NCBI GenBank assembly: GCA_043228905.1
Contig: JBHGNT010000009.1
Span: 13,702,001-13,766,000, forward strand
Origin: Azolla caroliniana
Lineage: Eukaryota > Plantae > Polypodiophyta
Length of the DNA stretch: 64,000 bases
Direction of reading: 5' to 3'
Of this stretch, positions 36,201-48,600 are shown piece by piece; position 1 is the stretch's first letter, and the number at the start of each line of letters is the position of its first letter. Under the pieces are notes generated by a model that was not told the origin of the DNA, searched no databases, and saw only the letters and a program-made list of their open reading frames with translations. The translations under genes and the position numbers were made by a program.

Positions 36201-39033
36201 CGAAGACATGCGAGGGCTGGACCCTCAATTATATCAGCATCAGATCCACTTAGGCAAGGACGCGAAACCAGTGGCGCAACGACGTTACCGAATGAACCCC
36301 AACTACGCTGCCAAAGTGAAGGAGGAAATCGACAAACTCCTAAGAGTGGGCTTCATCCGGCCGGTAAAGAAAGCGACGTGGCTAAGCCCCATCGTCGTCG
36401 TCCCCAAGAAGAACGGTAAAATCCGTGTGTGCGTAGATTACAGGAAACTAAATGCAGCCACAATTACGGATGCATTCCCTCTTCCGTTCACGGATGGAGT
36501 ACTGGATGCCGTCGCCGGCCATGAAGTTTATAGCTTTCTAGACGGGTTCAGCGGTTACAATCAAATCCGGATGCACCCGGACGACCAGGAGAAGACAACG
36601 TTTGTCACCGAATGGGGGGTGTTTGTGGCCGAAGTCATGATGTTCGGCCTAAAAACGGCACCAGCAACGTTCCAGCGAATCATCATGGAGATCTTCGGCG
36701 AATACATTCCTGCCTTCATGCAAGTTTTCCTGGATGATTTTGCAGTCTATAGCCGGGGAAAAGACCATTTGCAGCACCTACGGTTATGCCTTGAAAAGTG
36801 TAGGTTATACCGGCTAAGCTCAAACCCAGCAAAATGCATCTTTGGAGTTTCAAGTGGAATATTGCTGGGACACATTGTAAGTAAGGAGGGCATTGCGGTC
36901 GACCCGGACAAAGTAAACGCCATACTAGGGGCACCGGCACCGAAAACAGCCAAAGCACTAAGCCGATTCTTAGGACAGATCCGGTGGCACAGCCGGATGC
37001 TCCGTCACTTGGCGGACTTGGCGACACCATTACACACCGCGGTACATCGGACACCGTTCCAATGGACAGATACGGAGGATAAGGCATACAATGCCCTGAA
37101 GGTACTTTTGTCGCAAGCACCCGTCGTGCAGCCTCCGGATTGGAGCAAGGAATTTCACGTGTTCGTTGACGCGTCCGACATCACTATCGGCAGCGCCTTA
37201 ATGCAACTTACGGAGCCTAAATGGTACCGGCCGGTATATTACGCCAGCCGGAAGCTGTCCCAAGCGGAGAAGAACTATTCGACTACGGAACGGGAGGCCC
37301 TGGGCATGATCTACAGTGTAACAAAGTTTCGTCATTACCTATTGGGAAGGAAGTTCTCCTTTCATGTGGATCACTCGGCGCTCCTGTACTTAGTGTCCAA
37401 GGCGTCCCTGACCGGTAAGTTGGCCCGTTGGACCTTGCTGTTGCAGGAGTTCGAATTCGAGATTTTCCACCGGCCCGGTATCCAGCATGCCGTAGCAGAC
37501 TACCTGAGCCGGTTAGAGTCCGGAGAACCAGGCGACGGGGTAGCGGATGAATTCCCGGACGCAGAGTTATTCCGTATCACCCCGGAAACGGCAGCGGACG
37601 ACACGGTGGCATCAGAAGATAGGTGGCTGACAAACATGCACCAGTTCCTAAGCACGGGCCTGCCACCAGAGGAAATGAACCGGGACGAGAGGAAACGACT
37701 GGCGGTGCAGAGCCGCAATTTCTGTCTGTTACGGGACACTCTCTACCACAAAGGAGCAGATGGAATATGGAGACGGGCAGCCCGTAGTGTCGAGAAAGAA
37801 GTAATCTTACGGGAAGCACACTGTGGGGTTGCCGGAGGACACTATGCCGGGGAAGCGACGGCAAGGAAAGTATGGCAGAGCGGCTTATGGTGGCCCACGA
37901 CGTTAAAAGACGCCGTCAAGTATGCTAAGGAATGTGACCTATGCCAACGAATGGGCCAGCCTACGGAGCAAGCACGGATGCCACACCAACCGGTACTTCC
38001 ACTAGAGCCATTCCAGAAGTGGGGGTTGGATTTTGTCGGACCGTTCAAGCCACCGGCAATGAGAACGGGTAATCGTTATGTCATCGTGGCAACGGATTAT
38101 TGCACTAAATGGGTGGAAGCTAAGGCCCTGAGAGACAACACCGCGTCATCCACAGCAAAATTCCTGTACGAAAACATTTGGTGCCGATATGGATGTCCGA
38201 TTGAATTAATCAGCGACCAAGGAGGCCACTTCCTCGGCCAGGTAGTGGAAAGCTTAACAACGTTCTATGCCGTGGTCCATAAACGAAGCACACCGTACTA
38301 CCCACAGGCGAACGGGTTAGCAGAGTCCACCAACAAAACGCTGCAGAACATTCTCCGCAAAATCATCAACGAAAACCGGACGGACTGGGATACAAAGCTC
38401 CATAGCGCGCTATGGGCGTACCGAACGGCATACAAAACAAGTATCCGGACAACGCCGTTCCGGTTAGCATTCGGCTTAGAAGCGGTCATGCTAGTCGAGT
38501 TTCAGGTACCAAGCTTACGGATCCAACTACGGGAACGGCTGAATGAAAAGAAGTCGGAGGAAATGCGGCTAGCAGCACTATGCGAATTGGAGGAGCAACG
38601 GCTGGCCAACATCCTACACATGGAACTGGAGCAACGACGACGGAAAGCGTTCGTTGACCGTCACCGGAAAGGTAATGAGAAGATGTTCGAAATTGGAAAG
38701 CCGGTGCTAGTATTCCAAACGAGGATGGGCAAGATGCCGGGTAAACTCCGATTCAGATGGACAGGCCCGTATTGGCTGACACGGGAATACAACGGGTCCT
38801 ATCAGATAGGGACACTTGCCGATGAAGTACTAGGCAAGTGGGTGAACGGATTTAGACTAAAGCCCTATAAAGGACCGATGCCAAGTAACCCGTTTATGCA
38901 GCTCACCGGCACTATACCGGGAACGGTACGACTGGAAGAAAAAGACGACGGGGAACCCGTAGCAGAGGCAAAGGAAGACACGGCAAACCGTAAGGAAAAC
39001 GGTAAGGGTCCGAAGGGACCTACGGATGTGTAA
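33238..39033 (+). CDS. G2 gag-pol polyprotein (one frame, single in-frame TAG at 34930-34932)
   Basis: ORFs 33238-34932 and 35083-39033 share a frame, and the gap encodes CYYCRQEGHYSNQC. Motifs: IDGGSGVN (PR), FLDDF (RT), VDASD (RH), FPDAELF (Athila-type linker), HCGVAGGH / CDLC / GLDFVGP / SDQG (INT). No chromodomain and no extra archaeal-type RNase H seen. Confidence 0.9.
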
Positions 39034-39046
39034 GATCACATACCGT

Positions 39047-39047
<1 letters not shown>

Positions 39048-39077
<30 letters not shown>
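39048..39077 (+). repeat. Poly(A)30 tract just after the pol stop of G2
   Basis: 30 consecutive A; G1 has an A-rich (AAAAAATAAG)n tract at the same position (~55553-55690). Confidence 0.9.
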
Positions 39078-39079
<2 letters not shown>

Positions 39080-39388
39080 AATCATTAAAAATCGAGGTAT
39101 GAACGGACGTGAAAGCAAGGAGCGAAAAGGTACGAAGTGGGCATTTAAGAGCCGCCACGCTACTTAATACTAAATTGGTACACGACGTGTGCATGCTCGA
39201 AAAAGGCGCCAAAACGCATGGAGACCTTTTCATTTCGCGAGCCAAGAAGCACAGAAGCACCAAGGCAGTGGAAGCTGAGCAAACGCGAACCTGCACGCAG
39301 AGAACCCCCACGTTCGGAACGCTCTCTCTCTCGCTCTCACTCTCATCACCACTCTACCTCGCCATCTTCCCTCGACCTCGAAGCAGAC

Positions 39389-42029
39389 ATGGAACCACAG
39401 ACGCTGTCGGAAGCGGCCAGGAAATGGTTCAGGCAACACGGACTGGAGGGATTCTTGGCCATCATGGAAGCACCACCGCACAGAGAAGCCGACCAGGTCA
39501 TCAAGGAGCTCGACAAGGAAGTCATCACCGAGGAAGCGATCCGTGCGCTAACAGGCCTTCCGGAGGGAGGAATTTTTCAGATTGATAATCCAACCTCGGA
39601 GCAACTCACCCGATATTTCGGTGAGTACTCTGTTGCCGGCAAAGGCTATCGAACGCAGGGCGGCGAAGATCCGCTGTTCAGGGAGATAGCTCGAGTGCTC
39701 CATGAGTACGGCCACGTGTACCCCCGGCCCCCTGTCATGCCAAAAAATCGGGCAGGGATGATCATAGCCACCTATGAAGGGACCAAGGTGGATTGGCCGG
39801 TGTTGATTGCAGACGGTTTGTGCGTGGCAATCGACATGGTACGAGGAAAGGACGGCAAGGAGGGCCGGAAGCTGTGGCATGCCGTAGCTCAGTGGGTAAC
39901 ATTGCTCGTGCCGCCGGTCGAGACCGTTCAGCCAAAGAAGCGGCCAAGAGTATCGGAAGGAAGCACCTCGAAGCCGGCGTCCAAACGACAGCAGCTGCTG
40001 GCGTCGAAGGCGACGAAAGGGAAGAAACGGCTCTCAGAACCGGAGGAGGTGTCACCGGTTCGACCCGTTAAGATAACCATACGGCGACCGGGACAGAAGG
40101 AACCGGAACCCTTGACGGCACAGAAACATGCCGTTACACAGGAAGAGGAAACGGAGGAGCCAGAAGAGCACCTCCAACGACGGTCAAGAAGTAGGACCGC
40201 CGAGACAGGAGGGGAGCGGTCGTACCCGCGAGAGGCAGAAACGCCCCCAACTCAACCTGAGCAAACCACAAGGGAGGAACCGGAACCGGTGCGCATGGAA
40301 CCGGTCTTGTCGACTTCTATAGAAGAAGTCATTCCAACGGCTCCGGAGACGGCGAGAACCGGGACTCAACAGCCGGCGAGCCCAGCCAGCACACACGGCG
40401 GCCAAGGAGTAGGACCAGTACAGCAGCAAGGCACCAGTAGCATGTGGCTACGGTGGGTAGGCGAGCAAATCGCCGGAGCGGTCGAGTATATAGAGGCGGA
40501 AGAGAGAGCGCACCAGGAACGGTTGCTCGTCACAACCGTAGATCTAGAGACGGCCCGGTCCAGAATCCGGAGCCTTGAACAAGACTTGGACAGGGTCACA
40601 AGGGAAATGGCTCAATTCGCTTTGACAACACAAGTCCAAGCACCGGTGACTCCGGGCAATGTACAGAATAAAGTGTCAAATCAACCTGTACATAGCAATC
40701 AGACCCCGGCAACGGAAACCGTTCCGGAAAGAAATGCGGCACAAGCCCAAGAGCTTGCGGACTTAAAGGATGAGCTAGCTGCCCAAGAAGCACTGAGGAG
40801 CCGCGAAAGAGAGTTGAAGACGGCAGCGGAGGCAGAACTCAAAAAGACTGCTGAGAATCTACGCCGAGTCGAGGAGAGCTTACGGAAAGGCCACCAAGCG
40901 TACGACCGGCTCAAGGAGGAAAAGGAGAAAATGCTGCAAGAGAAGGACAGGCTCCGGAGGAACGCCGAAACAGAAGTAGAGCGCCTGAAAGAGGAACTCC
41001 AGCAGGTAAAGGACCGGGAAGACCGTAACCATCGCCAGATCAACGGCAAGCTCAAACAAAAAACAGAGGAATTTGAGAACTTGCACCGGGAGTATAAACG
41101 GTTGCAAACGGAGCACAAGGAACGGACGGATGAGCTCCGGCAAGCAGTTGATCGGACCGCAACCGCATTCGCCAAGGAACAAGCGGAAAACAGAAGACGT
41201 TTGGAAGAGGCGGAGAAGGTTCGGACAGAGCTCCTCATGCAACAGCAGGCGGAAAAAGAAAGAGCGGCGGAGGTACTGCAGAGGGCTGCAAACGACATAT
41301 CAAGGGCAGCTGACGCGCTACAGAGAGCAGGCGGAGGATACGGCAAACCTCATCAAGCAGTTGAAGGAGGAGCGACAAGTGGTGGAAAGCAGAGCGCAAA
41401 TGGGAGCAAGTCGCATCCAGGATATAATGCGGGCCTGGTTGAACCAGACCAAGAGCTTGATTGACAACGGTTCCGTCAAATGGTGGACCAAGTGGGCCAC
41501 GAACGCGGCGGAACTCCAATTGCTCCGGGCCAACGTAGAGAACCGGCGGAAGGAGGGAGATGATTGCTATATGCTGAATTCCGAAGACTTCACCGGCATA
41601 AGAGATGAGCTAGCCGAAGACTTTCAAGCCTTGGCAAAGGACCAACTAGAGCAAGTCCGACAACTTGTAGCTCAGCTGGACGACGACAGGCTGGAGGCGC
41701 AGATCTAGTTTGAAAGCTACGAGAGGTCTCGGATCCGGGGAGAGAAAGAACGAGAACCGGTTACGGTCAACCTCAGTGATGAGGAACCGTTACTGGAAGG
41801 AGACCGGACCGGAAGCAGTCAAACGGAGATGCCGGAGTCAGAGAGACAAACGGAGCAGCCGGAGTCAGCGGAACAAACGGAGCAGCAGCAGCAAGCAGAG
41901 CAGCCGGAGCAGCCTCAGTCCCAACCGCAACCACAGCAGCAGCAGCAAGCACAGCCGCAAAAACCACAACCGGAAGAACAAGTGGAAATTCTTGAACAAA
42001 GTATTTTGGACAATTTGGGTGAACAATGA
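39389..42029 (+). pseudogene. Additional sense ORF downstream of pol in G2 (~880 aa: globular N-terminus, disordered linker, long coiled coil)
   Basis: Starts MEPQTLSEAARKWFRQHGLEGFL; one frameshift at ~41310-41340 and one TAG at 41706; ends ...SILDNLGEQ* 52 nt before the 3' LTR. Homologous to the G1 ORF at 55971. Confidence 0.8.
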
Positions 42030-45000
42030 AGGGGCCGAGCAGGGTTCGACGTACAAGGTACTGTCCCACGGGCGTGCCATGTGTTACCGGCCGGCAAGGA
42101 GTCCAAAATACGGAGTGAAGGAATTAATTAAATATGGTTGTAAATGAGCATAGTGTGGACGGACGGACTGGAAACGGTATGCCGTTCCAGATCCGGACGG
42201 ATCCCGAATAGGTGCGATAGGCACCGTTTTGTACTACGGGCCGGAAACCTATTTAAAGGCCCGGACCCCATTGTAATCGCAGCGGATAATTAATAGAGCT
42301 TATGATGTTTATACTTCTGTCTTGATTTCCGTTCTGTAATTACTGTTATATCTTACGCGTGTAATTAACCAAAGCATTCTAATCGTGTAACCTACGTAAG
42401 TTGGTGTAATCGTTGAATCTTAATCCTATGCCGTAATCACCCTTTGGTGAAGTGTCTCCGTGACACCTTGTGTTAGGCCTTGTCCGGCTAAGCGAATAAC
42501 AGAACTGTTGTCGGCATTTCGATTATGCCGCGTGTTCTACTCTTGTCGGCCGCCTCCATTGCGCGCCGATCCGCCTCATCCACCCCGAGCAATGGGCCTA
42601 TCTTCCTCCATGTACAACATCTTGCCGTTAGCGTGTATACTCGTCGACATACCCGCGTGGTTTTCCTCTAGGGGCAACATCGATTGAAGCTTGAAAAGCG
42701 AAGGCATATTCTCCCTCATACAGATTGCCGTTCGGAAAGCTCCGAACCTGGACTCTAGCCCACCAAGGCACACTTGCACCATCTCGTCCTCCTCGACGTT
42801 CATGTTGACGGAGGCGAGTGAGTCATAGATTTTCTCGATTCGGGCCATGTAATCGGCCATAGACAGATCTTTTTGCCGGACATTGCTGAGCTCCTACCTG
42901 AGCTGCAGCTTACTGGCCATTGTGCTTGCGGCAAAAATCTTTCTGAGATTAGCCCACGCGTCCTTTGGCGTCTTAGCATCCTGAATATAGCTCAATAGCT
43001 GGTCACCCACATAGGATGCAAAGCAATAGAGAACTATGCTTGCCTCTTGTTCCCAAGCCGAAAAATCTCTGTGTGTCGAATTGAGTGCTACATCATTAGC
43101 TCCTTCGACATAACTCCAGTAGTCGTGACCGAGCAGGTACTGGTGCATCTTGTACGAACAAGATGCGTACTTGCTCCTGTTGAGCTTTTCAGTCGGTAGC
43201 GAGCTTCCCATACCTTTGTCCATATTGCTATCTTTTTCTTTTCCGAAAGAAAAAAATGAAGAACAACTTCAACTCTGTTTTGTCGCAAGATTTTCTTGTC
43301 GGCTGCAGAGGACTTCAACCCTTGCGCTCTGATACCATGTAAAATAATACGTGTGTGGAAGCGTGTGCATAAACACATATCACCCAGTTTGGAATAAGAC
43401 AATTTGGTAAGCGCAGAAAACACAGAGAGAGAGCAGACACACAACTCTATTCAAAATAATTCTCAGTCTGTACATGCTTTGTGCTCAGTGAGCACATTTT
43501 ATACAACCTTGACAATTGGGTTGACACAAGTATTGACAGTACTTGACTGCTCATAAATGAGCCAACTACACACACTCCCAAAATTATTCCTTACGAGGAG
43601 TAACTTCCTAATGGCCTCTCGGTTTACCCACTGCTACGACCTATTGTGCACTCGGTTTTACACACCCAGTTTACGCACTGGGTTACACACCCCCCGATTA
43701 CGCACCAAATGTTGAGCTTGTCTCTCAACATGTAAGCTACCCCGAAGGCCTGAGGGTGGATTGTGTTCCTAACTGGTAACACTTTTGGCACGTCTGCCGA
43801 TCTGTGAATTCTTGCAGTCGAGCAAGCAAGGAATGGATGTCTAGCCGCCGACATATCAGAGAACCTATGCGACAAGATTGACCACTAACTAGATTCATCA
43901 CCAGACAGACAGAAGAATGCGTTACGCGGAAACCCCGCCTCAGCGACCACACGTCCTCTTTTTAGGAGTACATGGTAGACTCCACGCTCACAGAACAGAG
44001 CAGCTTTGATCATGAAGTCTTATCGCCGCACGACCACAGTAGTGCGAACAAACACCACAGTAGTCCACACCGTGGTAACTGTAGCCTTCCTTTGTCGACC
44101 GTCACCATCACGACCGGAATGGTTTTTTCATACCCCCACTTCAATGGAGAAACCGATGCTGTGAGCCACATATGATCGTTCCTTAATGTCTGGAATGCTA
44201 ATCACATGGCGCAACAGTTTCCACAGGCGGAAGCCCATGCATCGAAGATCGCCGAATTCAGGTTAACTTTGGATGGTTGAGCTGCGTGCTGGCATTCCCA
44301 GATGGATTTGGTAGCAATCACAACCTTTGACCAATTGCAATCGGCGTTCTTACGTTTTTTTCATCGGAGGGCGTCGCAGCGTGAAATTATCAGTGAGTTC
44401 TATACCATCAAGAAACTTCCAACAGAATCCGTAGCAGATTGCAGTCTACATTTCCAGAGTTTAGGACGGAAACCTACATGGGTCGTGGCAGATGAAAAAG
44501 CGAAGGAAATGTTTTTGGCAGCCTTACAACGACCTATCAGGAAGACACTGAACACGCATAGTGTGAAAGGGGAGATGTCGGATATGGTCATCAGGCGAGC
44601 ATTACAGCTTGAGTTAGAGGAGGAAGATGAAGGACTATCCATGGCATCGCTATGGCCGGCGTTGCCTCAAGAAGAGGAACATCAATTCCGCCAGGCCATT
44701 TAGTGCACAATCTGTTTAAACTCCATGCATTCCGTGGTTGAATGTAATATGAGAACACATTGCCCCATTTGCCACTCACGGGCACACACGGTGGATCAAT
44801 GTGAGTACAATATGCTGAACAGGCCCACACCTGTAGTATGTCATATAGAGCCACATAAACAATTTTGTAGGAATGACCAAGGCCGGCAAGAGGAGGATTC
44901 AACATACCTCGTCCAAATGGTAAGAATCGTCAGCCTAGGGACCAACACTGTTATGAGGAGAGTTTAGAAGATGAACAATGCCCAGAGTCACGCCGAGAAT

Positions 45001-45134
45001 ATCGCCAACAGCCCCGGAATAACAGGCGAATTCCACAAACCCAAGAAGAGCAAGCAGTACCAGTAGAAACCAATAAACCACCGGTTGTAGAGAGATGAGT
45101 CAAGCGTACATTGTTTCATATGCTAACTGTCATG

Positions 45135-45197
45135 ATATGGCAAGACTCGAACCCATGACCTTATGCTACATGGGTCGAGTTGTTGACCATTAGACCA
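45135..45197 (-). other. tRNA-like A-box/B-box module at the start of the Tcn1-like LTR (sister copy ~50328-50390)
   Basis: Minus strand TGGTCTAATGGTCAA...TAAGGTCATGGGTTCGAGTCTTGCC; 45 nt from the A-box T to the B-box G, the canonical T8-G53 distance. Confidence 0.68.
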
Positions 45198-45652
45198 TAC
45201 ATTGTAATACATAAAATATTATTTTCATTTATGTTTTATTATAGAAAATTGATGTATATTCCAGATTTCTCTAGAACATTCTAGAAACTTCAAGAGTATT
45301 CCTTAGAACACTATAAAAGGAGGCACAAGGCATTATTTCGAACCAAATCGGTTCAAGGCCAGTCTTAAGCCTCCTAGCTACTACTACTGTACATTCTCTT
45401 CACATAATATATATATCTTTTCTTATCATCACTCTCTCTCTCTCTCTCTCTCTCTCCCTCTCACTTACTCTTTCCTTCTCTCGAGAGTTCTTCACCTCTC
45501 TTAGTACTAAAACTTCTTTTAGTACTAATTCCTTCTCTGTCTTAGTACTGTTCCTGACAGTTTGAACTGATTTTGGTCGTTCTTCCTTCTGTATCTTCCT
45601 TTGCTCGTCTTCCTTTTATCTTCTTACTAATCCTCTTATCCTCCATAGTAAA

Positions 45653-48600
45653 ATGGAAACTGTTAGCGCTCAGGAATACCAATCTGTTTTCTTGGAGATC
45701 CAATGCTTAAAAGAGAAATTTGTAGCACTAGAACAAGAAAATCATCGTTTGTTGGGGGATCTTCAACAAATAGCACTAGAAAAACAACAACAACATGGGG
45801 AGCTGACCTTACGTGTACAACAACTCGAAGCAACTCAAGGGATTCACAAATAACCCAAGATCGGTCTTCCTGCGAAATTTGATGGGACCCGATCACAGTT
45901 TAGAGGGTTTTTGAATCAAGTACGTTTAGTGATACAAATGCATCCTTCTCGATATCCCACCGATGTATCACGAGTGGGACTAGTAGGCACTCTCCTTAGT
46001 GGCTCAATGTTAGCATCGTTTGCTCCATTGTTGGAAAAGGAATCTCCATTACTAAACAGTTTTGAAGAATTTATAAGTGAGTTTAAGGCCTGTTTTGGAG
46101 ATACTGACAGCATAAGGACTGCAATCAACAAAATCCGGCGACTACGCCATGGTGACCGTCTAGTCTCCACATACACTGCAGATTTCCTCCTACTCGCTGC
46201 CGATATCCCTTGGGATGATCATGCATTGATGGAGCAATTTCGTTATGGTTTACGAAACGATGTCAATGATCTACTCTTGACCTTAACCGAAGAGCCAAAG
46301 TCATTAACAAAAGCAATCAGTCGCGCGGTGAGATGCGACAACCGCCTCTTCGAACGATGTTCAGAATGACAATTCCAGATTCCAAGGGCAAGATTAGAGC
46401 CTACCTACGCCTCAATGGTAGTGAAACCTTTTCCGAGGGAGTCATATAATGCGCCTCCAGTAAGTACTCCAACTCCGATGGAAATTGATGACACACGTCG
46501 TCGTGGACCGCTATCGGAAGAAGAAAGTCAACGACGCCAAGCAAACCGACTATGTCTTTATTGCGGTGGACCAGGGCATATCGCGGTAAACTGTCCCCAT
46601 AGGCCAAGAAGGCAGGTAAACCAAATAGTTGCTAGTTCTGATTGTACTAAACCCGAGTCTATTTCAGTAGGGATATCTAATAGTCCTAATAGTACTAATA
46701 GACCAACTCTAGCGAACAAATTTGATGTCCTTAGTCAGTTAGAAGAAGAATTAAATGACTAAGTTAAGCCAAAATAGGAGCCGTTTGGTTGGACAGCCCT
46801 AGATCTGTGCAACCCATTAGTGGTTCCATTCCCTCTAAGCAAGTTAGCAATGTTTTCGTAGCCCAAGTAACAGTTAGTACTAAAAGTACCCCTCCAGTAC
46901 ATGTCTTAGCACTTCTAGATTCTGGAGCTAATTCTTGCTTCATGGATAGGAACTTTGCCCTAGCTCATCAAATATCTCTTAGAAAACTCCCGTCTCCAAC
47001 CTCTATAATAGTCATTGATGGTCGTCCCATTGCTTTCGGAAATATCATAGAAGAGTTAGAGCCCGTTAATATTGTCCTAGATAATCTAGCATGTGTAGTA
47101 TCATTTAATATAATTAGCATCCCAGAACACCCCATTGTTTTAGGATTACCATGGTTCGAATTACATAACCCAGACGTAGACTGGAGAACAAGAGAAATCT
47201 GGTATCGAAAAGCCTGAGGATCTACTGATGAGATTGCAACCATTTCGCTACATCAGTTGCGGGAAGAAGGACGCAAGGAAGAAATTTTTCTCTTCGCAAT
47301 ATCAGTAAAGCCCTCAGACACCATTAAAGAGGAGTCCACCGTTCAACTTCCAAAGAAGTATCATCATTATGCCGATGTGTTTGATAAATTACAAGCCAAT
47401 ACGCTTCCTCACCATCGACCGTATCATTGCCCCATCGATTTACAACCGGGGAAAGAGCCACCATGGGGACCAATCTACAATTTGTCCCCAACTGAGCTAG
47501 AAGTCCTGCGAGCCTATATAGAGGAGAATTTGGAAAATGGTTTCATTCGGCATTCGAAATCTCCAGCTGGCGGACGCATTTTCTTCGTCAAGAAAAAGGA
47601 TGGATCATTTCGTCTCGTTGTAGATTACCGTGGCTTGAATAAGCTGACAATCAGAAATAGGTATGCAGTTCCCCTTATCTCAAGCCTTTTAGAACGGATC
47701 AATGGTGCCAGGTTCTTCACGAAGATCGACTTACGGGGAGCCTATAAGCTCATACGGATCCAACCAGGAGATGAATGGAAGATCGCGTTTCGCACCAGAT
47801 ATGGGCACTTCGAGTATACAGTCATGCCATTCGGCCTCATTAATGCGCCAACAGTCTTCCAGCACATGGCGAACGATATATTCCGAGATCTCTTGGATGT
47901 TTGTTTGATCATCTATTTGGATGATCTACTGGTTTATTCGAAGACCCAAGAAGAGCATGATTCTCATGTACTGTTAGTACTAAAACGACTTCGAGAACAT
48001 GGTCTTTATGCAAAGTTGGAAAATATGTAGTTTTGAGTGCAACCAGGTGGAATTTTTGGGCTATGTCATTTCCTCGGAAGGCATCTCGATGGACCCAGCT
48101 AAGGTCAAAATTGTGGTAGAGTGGCGGACTCCGCGTTCAGTGCGAGATGTGCAATGCTTTTTAGGCTTTGCCAATTTTTACCGGAAGTTCATACAGGATT
48201 ACTCAAAGCTCGTTCTGCCTCTCACATAGCTTACCAGGAATGGACAATCGTTCGTTTCGTCTAAAGAAGCGGATATGGTTTTCGAGAGTCTTAAAAAGGC
48301 ATTTACATCGGCTCCAATTCTAGCTCATGTCGATGTGGAAAAACCATTCATTATCGAAGCAGATGCATCAGATTTCGCATTGGGGAGCATTCTGTCACAA
48401 TGGGGTAATGATGAGAAGCTACATCCTGTGGCTTTTCACTCACGCAAGTTTGATGCCGCCGAAATCAACTACGAAATTCATGATAAGGAGCTATTGGCAA
48501 TAGTGGATTCTTTTATGCAATGGAGGCATTTTCTAGAGGGTTCCTCTCATTAATTCACCGTATTCAGTGACCACAAAAACCTTGCCTACTTTCAGGACGC

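Larger units (their letters stand above)
32767..42501 (+). mobile_element. Young Athila-like Ty3/gypsy G2 inserted in copia gag
   Basis: 420-bp LTRs 32767-33186 and 42082-42501 (one difference seen by eye); TSD GAATT/GAACT; PBS TGGCGACCAC (tRNA-Arg type) at ~33193. Confidence 0.96.
28283..43730 (-). mobile_element. Full-length degenerate Ty1/copia inserted in the 5' LTR of G1
   Basis: LTRs 28283-28698 and 43338-43730; TSD TGTAA; PBS TGGTATCAGAGC 43337-43326; PPT GAGGGGAAG. Gag 43223->42510, CWYCGKKGHKESEC, INT (FIDDFTR, LRSDGGKEY), RT ([14 protein letters not shown]), RH (YTDADW, TKHIKVH). Confidence 0.95.

Noticed and set aside
39389-42029. env gene or SMC/myosin host gene
   Set aside because: No signal peptide or transmembrane helix and no ATPase or motor motifs are seen; it sits between pol and the 3' LTR in two elements.
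33064-42147. Numerous antisense and overlapping ORFs within G2 and family A
   Set aside because: Shadow frames of GC-rich retroelement coding sequence, with no independent protein signatures.
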